DNA of 62,311 bases, counting the filler, from Basidiobolus ranarum (lineage: Eukaryota), in the NCBI GenBank assembly GCA_040143965.1. It is 6 parts of 6 records of this genome, joined end to end, with 100 filler letters (N's around TTAATTAATTAA, not from the genome) between each part and the next. Parts side by side here need not be neighbours in the genome. Positions count along the whole stretch, not along the records: positions 1 to 10,318 come from JASJQH010007592.1; positions 10,419 to 20,723 come from JASJQH010007594.1; 4 more parts are not named here. One strand, written 5' to 3'. The notes under the pieces were generated by a model. It was given only the letters and a program-made list of their open reading frames with translations. It ran no database searches and was not told the origin of the DNA. A program made the position numbers and the translations under genes. Shown piece after piece: positions 1 to 10,685 of the stretch. How positions within the stretch are numbered: position 1 is the first letter of the stretch; every line of letters begins with the position of its first letter.

Positions 1-1689
1 TTTCTGATTAACCCAGCTTGAATGGCCACATTTGGTATGATTTCAATGTCGTTGGATACTCCCGTATGGTTCCAGAGTCACGTTACGTTGAGATTATTTT
101 AACGTTGAGATGATTGTAAAATACTCGACTAAAGCCAACTTGTGCGCCAACTTGTACGCGTTCTCTGGATCAATTTTAATCACCCAAATAGTGGTCGATG
201 ATGGTCAGAGATTGATCATATAAATAGAACAATATCATAGTGATATATAAATGTGACAATAGATATATATCCACTAATAATAGAGGGACTGAAAACCAAA
301 CCTGATAATTCTGGTTAAATTGCTTTTTTGTTCCATTACTTCATGTTCTATTACATGTTTCGTTACCTCATAACATAGCCTGTGGGCTGCTTGTGGAACA
401 CTTGCTACTACAAGACAAATATCACAAAGAAACCAAGATACTCCCATGCAACCACGCTTCAAATACTTGACGAGTTCTCCCCCAATGTGCAGTCAGTGCG
501 TGAGGCTAGCTAAGGAAGTGAAACAAGATTCCTTATTTCTCTCTTTATCACCCTTATGTTTCTAGTAAACGAGCTCAAATTAGTTCGAGCTTCTCGTGAT
601 ACTTTACTAGTAATATATGTACTGTTATAGGAATTATTTCCACAAGTCAATTAATCTCCTTCCCACTAGCTATTAATAACAATACTCTCCCTCATCACTG
701 ACTTTTAATTTAATGAATATGCTGGCAAGATTCATTTATGAAATACCATTTTAATATATCTGTACTTTATTATGAGGTATAGTACTCTGTAATTGAGGGC
801 TGTGCGCTCTAAACACCTCCTCGATTTAGTTGTGTCTATATAGGTGCTGTAATGCCTTTCCTCCAGCAATTCGCCTGGTAATTCGCCATCACAGATACTG
901 ACAGTCAGTTACAGATACCGCTCACTTCCGTTGGAACCACGCTGTATATCATTATATCTGGTACAAGTGTTAGCGCTAGAATGTAACAAATTAGGCAAGA
1001 TGTAGATCCGAGCAAGCACCACATTTAGGGAGCTTTGATCTTTGTCCATCAGCCACGCAAACAGGGCATTTCTTCCACCAGCGATCATTGATTTTCATTT
1101 CCCATTGAAACCTTTAATAAATCTACCAATTCATCGATTTGTCATTGATTTACTCTAAGTAGTTGAATGTCGATGACAATTTTAATGGTTGTATCTTTGC
1201 TTTAACCTGTACTATACACTCTCTTAGCCAGGGTAGATGGATCAACCGTTCAAATTGTACTTACTTGGAGATATCCTTCATTTCATTTTATGTCAGCTTA
1301 GATGAAGAAATACAACCTGAATTATGGCCACTTTCACCCATTCAGGGGTATAGCATCTCTACATCAATTAGGCATAACTGGCTTAATCAAGTAATGGAAT
1401 TTGTAGCTATGTTGGGCTATTGCTTTCGAAACCAAAACTACCAATTTAAGTACAACTATCCCTGGAAGCATGTATAGAATCAAGAAAATATTGTAAGCTG
1501 AGATTTTACAATGATATCACTTTTTCTAAACTCGTCACTGTTGGCACTTGCACTAGAAATTATCTCATACCTAGTGTATCATCAACTTGAAGTGTCTTAA
1601 GTAGCTGATATGCTGGCATCTGAGGTAGAGTAAAAGAATTTCTGTACTTTAACTAATCCTTAAGTTACTCCCCAACCTAGTCCACACTG

Positions 1690-2600
1690 GTAGAGTTTTA
1701 ATGCTCTCTCCAAACACTCAGCTTGAAACCTTAGTCAGTTAAAAAATTGACATACCAAATGCTATTTGGACCCATACTCCACTCTACTATTTGACTCTTA
1801 AAAGCGCCTACTTTCTAGGAACTGTGGTGAGTTTGGGAAGCTGTGTGTATAAATCTTAGTTTGACTTACTACTAGATGCAACTTGGACATAACAAGATTA
1901 CAAAATATCTGTGTTACTGTTGAAGTATTTTGGGAGTTTGTTGGAAGTGGTTTGAAGAACTACAAGAATTGGTGCTTTCACTCATTGATTTATTGAGTAG
2001 AAAGTTGACACTGTTGAAGTTAGCATATTAGACATCACTTTATTAGAGAGACTATAGAGAATAAGTTTATAGACTTTACTTATTATTCTACAGAAGAGAT
2101 GATTGCGGATATATTAATCAAACTATTAGCTAGACAGAATTTGAAAAATTTAGACCTTCCTTAGGATTAGTATATATGATTATTTAGTTGAGGGAGAGTG
2201 TTAAAATTAGCATTGCCTAAACACCTACATAGTCATATATAGTTTAGTATTTAGTTATCTTATATTGAACTAAGATATTACCCAGTATTCTCATGAGGAA
2301 TTTACTTAGAAGTTCTCAGATATATAGATTTTTTCAAACTTGTGCTAGAAGCCCCAAACTTTGCACATATGTTCCTGGGACCTTTCTTAACACAATCTAC
2401 ATGCTAATTTGTTTCCATCTGGGGTTTCTAGAACAAGTTTGAAAGAATCTATATATCTGAGAACTTCTAAGTAATTCCTCTTGAGGTGATATCTTAGATC
2501 ATTACCATTATCCAAGTAACTGTTGAAATTAGTATAGCCTAAACACTCATATAGTCATATATAGCTCAGTATTTAGTTATCTTATATTTCACTGAGTTCA
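1690..2600. mobile_element. Degenerate non-autonomous repeat family (MITE/foldback-like), CpG-depleted; related copy at ~50380-51040
   Basis: Internal direct repeat (~2199-2280 vs ~2521-2596, TGTT(A/G)AAATTAG..GCCTAAACAC..ATAGTCATATATAG..AGTATTTAGTTATCTTATATT), an internal inverted repeat, and shared blocks with contig 5 (TGTTGAAGTATTTTGGGAGTT at ~1918 and ~50465). No ORF. Boundaries approximate. Confidence 0.6.
2290..2485. repeat. Near-perfect ~65-bp inverted repeat with ~63-nt spacer
   Basis: 2295-2356 GAGGAATTTACTTAGAAGTTCTCAGATATATAGATTTTTTCAAACTTGTGCTAGAAGCCCCA is the reverse complement of 2420-2480 apart from a few mismatches/indels. Confidence 0.9.
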
Positions 2601-2704
2601 TTGTAAAATTCAAGTGATAATCCGCAATTACGGATCTCCATCCGCAGTATTTCATACATTATAAGTAATAACGAATTTTCTCCAAACAAAACTATTATTG
2701 TACC

Positions 2705-4087
2705 ATGCAAACTACAATAACTTCCAACTCAATTTTTATGGCGGTTGGTGTGGTAGCCACAGCGGCCCTACTTACCAAGCCACCAACCTCACTTACAAAG
2801 TTATGGACGAAAGCGAAATACCTAGTACAAGCCTATGCCACCGAAATACTTTCTCATTCCACACTTTTTCGACGAGAAGTACCTTTTCCAGGTGACGAAA
2901 GTATTTCTCCTTTATGGGTAACGAAATTTTTAAGAAATTCCGGTGTATTAGACGAAAGGAATAGTGTTATAAAAGTTACTATTGAAGATCTTCAAGGGAA
3001 TAGAGGACTTGCGGGTGTACTCTCTCGACTTCGTTTAACCTATAGTAGTGAAGCAGGAACTGATCTACCAGCCACACTAATTCTAAAGATGTCTCCCTCT
3101 GGAATTAACGGAAGACGTAGTGCCATAGCGGCAGGTCAATACCGAGAGGCGATATTTTATGAAGAACTAGGAGCTCAGTGCCATCCATTTATTCCAAAGA
3201 TTTATTTTACATATGGTTCTGCTGTCACTGGTACTTGCATTATAGTAATGGAAGATTTGATAGAAAATCAAGAGAGTGTAGGTGTGAATATGCTATTTGG
3301 AAATCAAATTTGGGGAGTTGAAAATCCTTGGGAAGATGCTCCGGAGCAAGTTGAGGTTTTGAAAGAAATGTTTATGTTTGCGGCTGAACTCCATGCTAAA
3401 TACTGGAATGATCACTCCTTATTAAATTCAAAATGGATAAAATCCGCTGGATGGTACAAGGGGATGGATAGGGCCAAATGGGAACTGGCTATCGATACTG
3501 GTAGATCATCATGGGAAAAATTGAAGGTAGCTATAGCTGACGGAAGTTCTGGTGTGAAGTGGTCTCCAAAATTCATCAAAGTACTCGATGCCTCATACGC
3601 AGCAACGTCCTGGGCCCACCTCCAAGAACACCTGAACGATCGTAAAATCCCCTTCACTCTCTGCCATGGCGACTTTCATGCTGGCAATATGATATGGTTA
3701 AAGAATGAGCCTACGAATCATCTTCGGGTGGTTGATTGGTCGGAAGTGGGTGTTTGGGAACCTACCGCAGATTTAGGACAAACGATTATTTCAGATGTAA
3801 AAGCATCCATCTGGCGTGATAATGATGTCAAACTGTTGAGACTATACTGGGAAAAATTGGTCAGTTTGGGTGTATCTGCTGAAGAATACCCCTTTGATAT
3901 GTGTTTGGAAAGATACGAGAGGGCCCCTGTAGAGCGATGGATTTGGGTCTTTAGTCTCATGTCTACCTTTGGACTCCCACCCATTGCCATACAATATTTC
4001 CACGATCAAATTCTATCTTTTATTGAAGCACATGGTGACCATGATGCCTATATCCTAAAGCCAGTGGTTTGCTTAGTTCTCCAGTAA
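2705..4087 (+). CDS. Ecdysteroid-kinase-like (EcKL)/aminoglycoside-choline phosphotransferase-like small-molecule kinase, 460 aa, intronless
   Basis: Kinase-like motifs: LILKMS (catalytic Lys), YREAIFY (alphaC Glu), IVMEDL, Brenner motif LCHGDFHAGN, VVDWSE; N-terminal hydrophobic stretch IFMAVGVVATAALL. Confidence 0.85.
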   Translation: MQTTITSNSIFMAVGVVATAALLTKPPTSLTKLWTKAKYLVQAYATEILSHSTLFRREVPFPGDESISPLWVTKFLRNSGVLDERNSVIKVTIEDLQGNRGLAGVLSRLRLTYSSEAGTDLPATLILKMSPSGINGRRSAIAAGQYREAIFYEELGAQCHPFIPKIYFTYGSAVTGTCIIVMEDLIENQESVGVNMLFGNQIWGVENPWEDAPEQVEVLKEMFMFAAELHAKYWNDHSLLNSKWIKSAGWYKGMDRAKWELAIDTGRSSWEKLKVAIADGSSGVKWSPKFIKVLDASYAATSWAHLQEHLNDRKIPFTLCHGDFHAGNMIWLKNEPTNHLRVVDWSEVGVWEPTADLGQTIISDVKASIWRDNDVKLLRLYWEKLVSLGVSAEEYPFDMCLERYERAPVERWIWVFSLMSTFGLPPIAIQYFHDQILSFIEAHGDHDAYILKPVVCLVLQ

Positions 4088-4198
4088 ATGTCCACAAGAG
4101 AAGATCCATTCTGCTCTTAATCAAATCTATAATTAAAGATTGGTGGCTCTTGCAGTAACTGCCAATCCACCATAATCTCCGTACGAATGCAGGATTGG

Positions 4199-4291
4199 GT
4201 TAATATCGTGATTAGAGAAGAAATAAATGTTAATATCGTGATTAGAGAAGAAATAAATAGACTGGATTAATATCGAAATTAGAGAAGAAAT
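4199..4291. repeat. Tandem repeat, 30-bp unit x2 plus a degenerate third copy
   Basis: GTTAATATCGTGATTAGAGAAGAAATAAAT twice, then TTAATATCGAAATTAGAGAAGAAAT. Confidence 0.9.
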
Positions 4292-4846
4292 GGATTGGTT
4301 TCAAATGAAATAAAAATAGAGCATTTGATTGTACGATATTCGTTCTAATCATCAAATATATTATATTGAATACTGATCTCTATCGTCATTAAAGATGAAC
4401 TGATAAACTTTTCATTCGATAGTGATCTCAGATTACCTCAGCATATAGCGTTATCGTGCATCGCAATATCATTGATGAACTCATTCGGTCTTATTTATTA
4501 TACAAGTGTGCAGCATATTTTGGAGGATTACGAAATAATTAACCAGTCATTCTTGTGGGAACACTCTGGATCAAAATCAAGGTAATTGGGAACAAAGCTA
4601 TCGTACAATTTTGCTAGCAAGTGGATGAAACAACAAACCACATTCTCATAAGAGAGTGAAAAAAAATATCTCTAGTTCAAAGAACTAAAGACAGGTGAAT
4701 TAAGAGTAGACTGTGTACAAAATTCGTTATCGAGTTAATATATGGTAACGATGAAGAGGTAGGTGGTGGATGCCTGCGAGAAACAATATAAAATAAATTC
4801 CATTTGGATTACTCCACAAGTGCTGGTCATAGTCGTTTCATCTCCA

Positions 4847-5590
4847 TTACATTTGCATGGGGTCATTCGACAAAGGAAGGCTGTGGTCGATATTTTCAAA
4901 CAAAATGAAAGGATCACAGTCACCCATCGTTATGTTTTGAAACGAGAGTAAAATCTGGGTGTTATTCGTGCGTGGATCATTGGGCATGAGAGGTTTAACT
5001 TTGACCGACATGTCTACAAACAATGGATACTCTTGGAAAAACTCTTCTACACCAAGTTGCACCACCGTAGCATCATCGCAGCATTTAGGCAATGAAAATA
5101 CGTGACCCGCACGAACCTCAACAAACACTTTGGAGAGTTTAGAAAATGAATGGAGCTCGGCTCGTGTAACGGATGAAGAGAATAGGTCACTCTTAAGACA
5201 TTGCATGATACTTTGAGCCAATTTGTCCACTTTCTCTTCCAATATTGGGATGAAATCTTGGCCATCAGCAGAGCCGGCAAGTTTGTCACCAAGCCAGTGC
5301 TCTACTACTCGGGCTATAAATGAAGTGGCAACTGATCCGTGGCTTCCGATATGTGGAATTGATAAGAAACCCCCGCCACGTCCAATATCAAAGAAGTATG
5401 TAGAACGGACGGTTGAAACGGCTGCGAAACATTCAGACTCTAGCTCTTTGTTGAAAGAGCCATACAATTGCTTGGAATGAGGATGGGAGGGTATTTTGAA
5501 TGCTCCTATCTGTGGTACTAAAGCATCACTGATAACACGGTCGGCTGAACGGGTGGCTGTAAGGGCTGGACGTATTGAAGATTCTTTCAT
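4847..5590 (-). CDS. Hypothetical protein, 247 aa, no family recognised
   Basis: Uninterrupted 247-codon ORF in AT-rich DNA, globular-like composition, ACC-ATG start context, TATA-like TATATAAA upstream on the minus strand (~5873-5880). Confidence 0.7.
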   Translation of the reverse strand: MKESSIRPALTATRSADRVISDALVPQIGAFKIPSHPHSKQLYGSFNKELESECFAAVSTVRSTYFFDIGRGGGFLSIPHIGSHGSVATSFIARVVEHWLGDKLAGSADGQDFIPILEEKVDKLAQSIMQCLKSDLFSSSVTRAELHSFSKLSKVFVEVRAGHVFSLPKCCDDATVVQLGVEEFFQEYPLFVDMSVKVKPLMPNDPRTNNTQILLSFQNITMGDCDPFILFENIDHSLPLSNDPMQM

Positions 5591-5592
5591 GG

Positions 5593-5682
5593 TTATATTA
5601 CGAATAGCTAAACAAAAAGGTTATTATCAGAGCAGTCGAACAACAAAAGAAGTACAGTACTCACCAGAAACGTTAGCTTCAT
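5593..5682 (-). promoter_or_regulatory. Candidate spliced upstream ORF (MKLTFL/LFVI*) with a 57-nt leader intron
   Basis: ATG at 5682, donor GTGAGT at 5664, acceptor TTTAG ending 5608, TAA at 5595-5593, two nt before the main ATG at 5590. Confidence 0.5.
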
Positions 5683-6895
5683 TATTCTGGAAGGAAGAGG
5701 GAGCAGTAAGCATATTAGTTGAAGTGTGATGGCGTTGGATAGAGTAGCTCTGGCTAATTCAAACAGTTGATGAGAATTGTGGGAAAAAGTAGGATTTAGG
5801 GAGTGGGAATCGTAAGAAAACTCAACAGAGAATTGGATCACTATAATCTGGATAGAAAAGGGGTATGGTAAGTTTATATATTTTCCTTTATCAGTGATCA
5901 CATTATCAGTTAGGAATAACGAGTATCACGGCCTAACCAATGGCCGTGACTCTCCGTCCACCCCTGCTGCATATATCGAGTCTAACCAAATAGTGATTTC
6001 ATCATTATCATCACGGACTGATAGCTAACTTGTAGAGTTAGGTTAGAACACAAGCAATAGGGTTAGGGTTTTGGTGGCAGAGATAACGTCTCCAAATGTA
6101 TTTTGGATGGCTCACTTGAACCTCAAATCCCCAGTGCCTGTCCTTATAATGAAGCCATATTGATTGATTGATTGATTTGCGTTTCAGCAGCGATTGGTGA
6201 TGGGAATCCCAATATGGATACCAGCTTGGATACCTATATAGAGTATGAATACGAGGGTTAGGGTTAGATTTCGCATACAGAGTTCGCCCCAACTGATTCC
6301 TAGATTATACGGTCAGTGAAATTTCTTGCCTATCTGGAAATAGAGTTAAACTCAATCGATGCGAGTAGAAGTCAGTCCTCATGATAGAAGCTTCTACGCG
6401 ATTAATCGTATAGCGTATCAGATGGTATACGTCCGATAATGATGGCTTGCGGAATAGCTCATGAGCATGTTAGAAGATAGGGAATTGGGTTGAAAGGTGA
6501 TATGCTGTTTCGAGAGCTCCTCGATATTACATCATCCTTGCCTTTCAACGTTAACATGCTGATTTGGCTCAACTAGGATCTGATCATCAACTACTGAGTG
6601 CAGGACTGCATAACTACAGTTTCTCATAGCACGGCTTGGGAAGTACTCTATCTGAATTAAGAGATATTGCCTTCCTTCCATGATTAAGCCACAGCAATGA
6701 CATCAGTGATGTAGGTGTAATAGTACCATAATTCCCACTGATATCTCCGAATAGATAACCCCATCTCTTTCCGGTAACGATAAAATCGATCAAAATCAAT
6801 CAAAATCAATCGGGAAACTCAATAATCTATCTGTATTGTTTCCATTACCAGCTATGATTGGCTAGATGTTACTTGATAAAAGAGCTATTTATCGC

Positions 6896-6968
6896 ATCGG
6901 ATTGATGTTAAATATAGATATTCAGAGAATCGGATTGATGTTAAGTATAGATACTCAGAGAATCGGAT
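6896..6968. repeat. Tandem duplication, 33-bp unit x2.2
   Basis: ATCGGATTGATGTTAA(A/G)TATAGATA(T/C)TCAGAGA twice, plus ATCGGAT. Confidence 0.9.
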
Positions 6969-7908
6969 AAATAACAAACTATCTCGATGATTCCTGATAA
7001 CCGTTCTTGTAGAACATGATAGATGCGTTAGTTTCAGTAACTGAAACAATAGGCTTCTGGTATCACGTTATGGCACACCGTCTTCATAACCAGGGAATAT
7101 CTGGACTGAATGGCAAGCATGTTTACCTCGAGTTCAAATCATGTCAAGTAAGATTGTTTGTTTCCGCCAGTATGCCAATACTCTCATTGGGAGGGTCTCA
7201 GAGTCAGTCCAATCAAGAGTAAATCATTTCCAAGAAGTGTAGCGACTAAAGAGGCGGAAAAGATAACGATGGAAGAAAGCGATATAGGATAATATAGGGA
7301 CAAATGCGTAAGTCAAAATTTCATAATCTTGGAAAAGAACTATTCCGAATAGTAGATAGTGAGCTTGACCATCGGCTAACACATATCCAATTGTTGCTTG
7401 CGATAGTGATGTTTCCTCAAAACATTGCCAAACACGTGACATGCTCAACATTTTAGAACAAATCCAAAATATGGCCGAGTAAAGTCACACTTTAGTCACA
7501 AGAGTTGTGAGATATTCAAAATAAAAGAACATACGGATACTGATATGGCAATCTCCACCAACATGCATATTCATACAACTAGTTCAGTGATTTATTGAAA
7601 TCGTATTCATACAACTTGATTTCTTGTTCAGTGATTTATTAAAATCCAATTGTTCTTTGGAATATCAGCCTTATAAGACTATGATAAATCCAAGTATTAT
7701 GTAAAGATACCTGTACCTATATGAGAAAATCTATATACAGACAATTCATGATTGTAAGGAAATTGGAAAAGAGAGTGAGTTGACTTCCAAAACAAGGAAT
7801 AAATAAAACGGTGCTAGCTTCGATGCCTACCTACTGGGGAACATACAATGGTGAATTATAAATTATAAATAAAACTAAATAAATGTCAATGTCAAATCTA
7901 TCCCCAAC

Positions 7909-8388
7909 TTAATGTCTAGCTACAGTTGGGGTAAGAGAGAAACGTAAAGTCTCTTCATACTGTCCATTACATTCATTGTAAAACCCGTTATACAACATGT
8001 CATCGAAATTCTTGGTTTTCTGGAGCCTTTTTTTGGCTGTCTCTACATCATCCTTTTGGAAAACACTGATTTGATGCTTTCTACGTTGAAAAAGGGCTGT
8101 CTTTGATGCATGTCCCGCTAACCTCGGGGACTTCAATGGTTCGGTTGCAAAGGAGAACTTAGGAGAGAGCGGGGAATGCGGCTTTGAAAGATTCTTATCC
8201 AACAGAGAAGCTGCAATCCGGCTAGTTAGCCTTTCTTCTAGATAATTATAGGATATCTTATTCCAGCATGTATGACTTTCAGTGGTGAAGTTGTGCTTTG
8301 TGGGTGATGTAACTGGTGAAATTGTGGAGCGATCCCTTTGGGGTATCAATGAAAGTTTGGGAAGTGCTTTGAAAAACTTGCGAACCAT
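7909..8388 (-). CDS. Small Ser/Pro/Lys-rich protein (159 aa) with C-terminal FSLTPxVAR module; paralogue of 9408-9716
   Basis: C-terminal ~50 aa align with the divergent neighbour; TATA-like ATATAAAA upstream on the minus strand (~8483-8490). Confidence 0.8.
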   Translation of the reverse strand: MVRKFFKALPKLSLIPQRDRSTISPVTSPTKHNFTTESHTCWNKISYNYLEERLTSRIAASLLDKNLSKPHSPLSPKFSFATEPLKSPRLAGHASKTALFQRRKHQISVFQKDDVETAKKRLQKTKNFDDMLYNGFYNECNGQYEETLRFSLTPTVARH

Positions 8389-9407
8389 TACTAAATAATA
8401 AATTAAAAAAAGTGTAGAATATAAATAAATGCTTCCGTGACCAGATGGAATTCGTTGAAGATAAACTTGGCCAAAGGCCTGCTTTTATATCCTTTCATTT
8501 ACAATCAAATGGGCGGTTATTGCATTCTTTCTAGTAATTAAGAAATTCTTAATATAAAAGGAATTCTTTATTCCGAAGGATTTACCGTTAGAACACCTGA
8601 CAGGAATATCACAGACAGTGTAGACTTCAAAAGTTAAACTCTTAATATCTACTTTCTTTTGAAGATGTTTCACTTTCATATATATTTTATCCATATTTGG
8701 CAATCATCATATGGCTTTCTACAAATCACAAATTGAGAGTAGTTGTTGTTGTTGTTGATCAGTGTGGTACAAAAGTTGACAATGTGATTGATGAACAATT
8801 AGTACAAAAAATCGTCATTCGTGATATTAGGCTTGCACAACCTCTGACTACGATCCAGTCGCTCCTTTGGATTTATTGTTCCTACCACTTTTAGAGCTAG
8901 AAGAAGCGCGTACATGTTGTATTACATAAAGAAAAATCATTGAAGTCCAATGACGCGTTCCTAGTTTAGAAATGACTTTCTACCTTGGCGCCCATTTTAA
9001 GTGGTGTGCAACTCACCCAAAAAAGATTTAATGGGTGATAGATGTGGAGTGGTCAGAGTACCCGCCTATATATGATACTATAGCACAATGCCGCTTACAT
9101 TCTATCCTTCTTTGTAGTGAGAATGAGGAGGGATCAGCAAGATCATCAGCTGAGCTGGGGATTCTAGATCGTTAGGAACGCGAATTCTAGTTCCGAAAAC
9201 GCGTCCATTTTTGGACAACATAATGGAATTAGCCTGAGTGAATGTGGTATAATGACTCTCATTTAGATATATAACAGACTTAGAAACGAAGCTACCGGTT
9301 TACATATTTTGATGTTTTGTTTTCATTAGTTTCCTTTCATTATTTTCTACTCACATATTTGTTTGACCAACACTTCTGCTAATTTTCTTTCATCTCATCT
9401 GCATACA

Positions 9408-9716
9408 ATGACAACATATTCACCTATAATAACCACACCATTCAAGATGCCTTCTCGAAAGCCTCGTGTAACTCCCGAGTTGCCTAGTATTTGGCTTGAT
9501 GAGGAAGAAAACATTTTATCGATAGAACCAAATATACGAAGCCGTTCTCCACGAGAGACAAATGGAGCACTCTTCAAAGATCACATGGAGACTGCACGCA
9601 GGAAGTTACGCATGGCGATTAGTTTTGAAGACGTATTACAAAATGGATTTTTTGTAAACGGGGAGTATCTTCCAACTGTACAATTTTCCTTAACCCCTTC
9701 AGTTGCCAGACAGTAA
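9408..9716 (+). CDS. Small protein (102 aa from ATG 9408) with C-terminal FSLTPxVAR module; paralogue of 7909-8388
   Basis: ACA-ATG at 9408; shared ETA[KR][KR][RK]L..F[DE]D.L.NGF..NG.Y..T..FSLTP.VAR; TATATAA at ~9269. Confidence 0.8.
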   Translation: MTTYSPIITTPFKMPSRKPRVTPELPSIWLDEEENILSIEPNIRSRSPRETNGALFKDHMETARRKLRMAISFEDVLQNGFFVNGEYLPTVQFSLTPSVARQ

Positions 9717-10318
9717 TTTTACTACTCCACTGAAATGAGTCTACGAGGTGAATACTCTATATATCTCGTAATACCCACAAATACCTATTCTGTTTAAAGA
9801 TTCAAAAATATTCCTCGAAGTCGCAGGAATTATAGTCGACATGATTCAAGCATCAATGTACATTGTAATAAAATGAAATATCCATATTAGCACTATTCAT
9901 GCAAGTCTAACATTTTGTTTGTTGTCGTTTTGTTTTAAAAGTATGTGCATTTCGATGAAAAAGTAACAAAGAGGTACATACACCGGCGTACTCAGTGCAT
10001 GAAATTTGAGGTCAATATATCATATGTCAGATAATTAAATAGCCGCACATGAGTATGGACCAGTGCTAACATATTAAAGAATGTCCTTTTCTGTCGCAGT
10101 TCTCTAGCACCACCAGAAAAAAGTATATATAGATGATGACGAACTATAAATAGTTGTAGTCATTACCTGCTACTGTTATTTGATATAGAAATTTATTGAA
10201 GTCAGAATCGGAATGATAATATAATTTATGGAACACAAACTCTCATTAAATTAGGCAAGCATGCATCCTCAAAATCTGAAATATTCGAAGTTTGTGAATG
10301 GATTGAAGAGGGGGAGTT

Positions 10319-10418
10319 NNNNNNNNNNNNNNNNNNNNNNNNNNNNNNNNNNNNNNNNNNNNTTAATTAATTAANNNNNNNNNNNNNNNNNNNNNNNNNN
10401 NNNNNNNNNNNNNNNNNN
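10319..10418. other. Artificial contig linker
   Basis: N44-TTAATTAATTAA-N44 (stops in all six frames). Confidence 0.98.
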
Positions 10419-10685
10419 ATCCCTTGACACACACTACAAACATGAGTCTCTTTTTAAAAACATATTTACTTTTGGCATGCATATCGTCTAGTTTTACTGT
10501 TGACATTTGTCTGAATGCTTTTCTATGATTGTTTAATTTTAGGTTAAAACCAATAAGCACTGAACTAGTGTTGGTAACTAACTGCAATGAGGTGATTACA
10601 AATAGTGATAGAGGAATTAAGTTGATAGTGTACTCGGGAATATGCTACTAAGAGGCATGAAAGAAAGGTTCCGGGAGAGGCGGAT

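Noticed and set aside
990-1098. Minus-strand 35-aa ORF with two CxxC (CPVC..CGAC)
   Set aside because: Too short, bounded by stops, no supportable splice partners; at most an unidentifiable relic
4199-4291. 30-bp repeats as a possible CRISPR array
   Set aside because: Head-to-tail with no unique spacers, eukaryotic context, no cas genes
10363-10374. Recurrent TTAATTAATTAA palindrome inside N runs
   Set aside because: Synthetic six-frame-stop linker, not biological; ORFs reading through the Ns are artefacts
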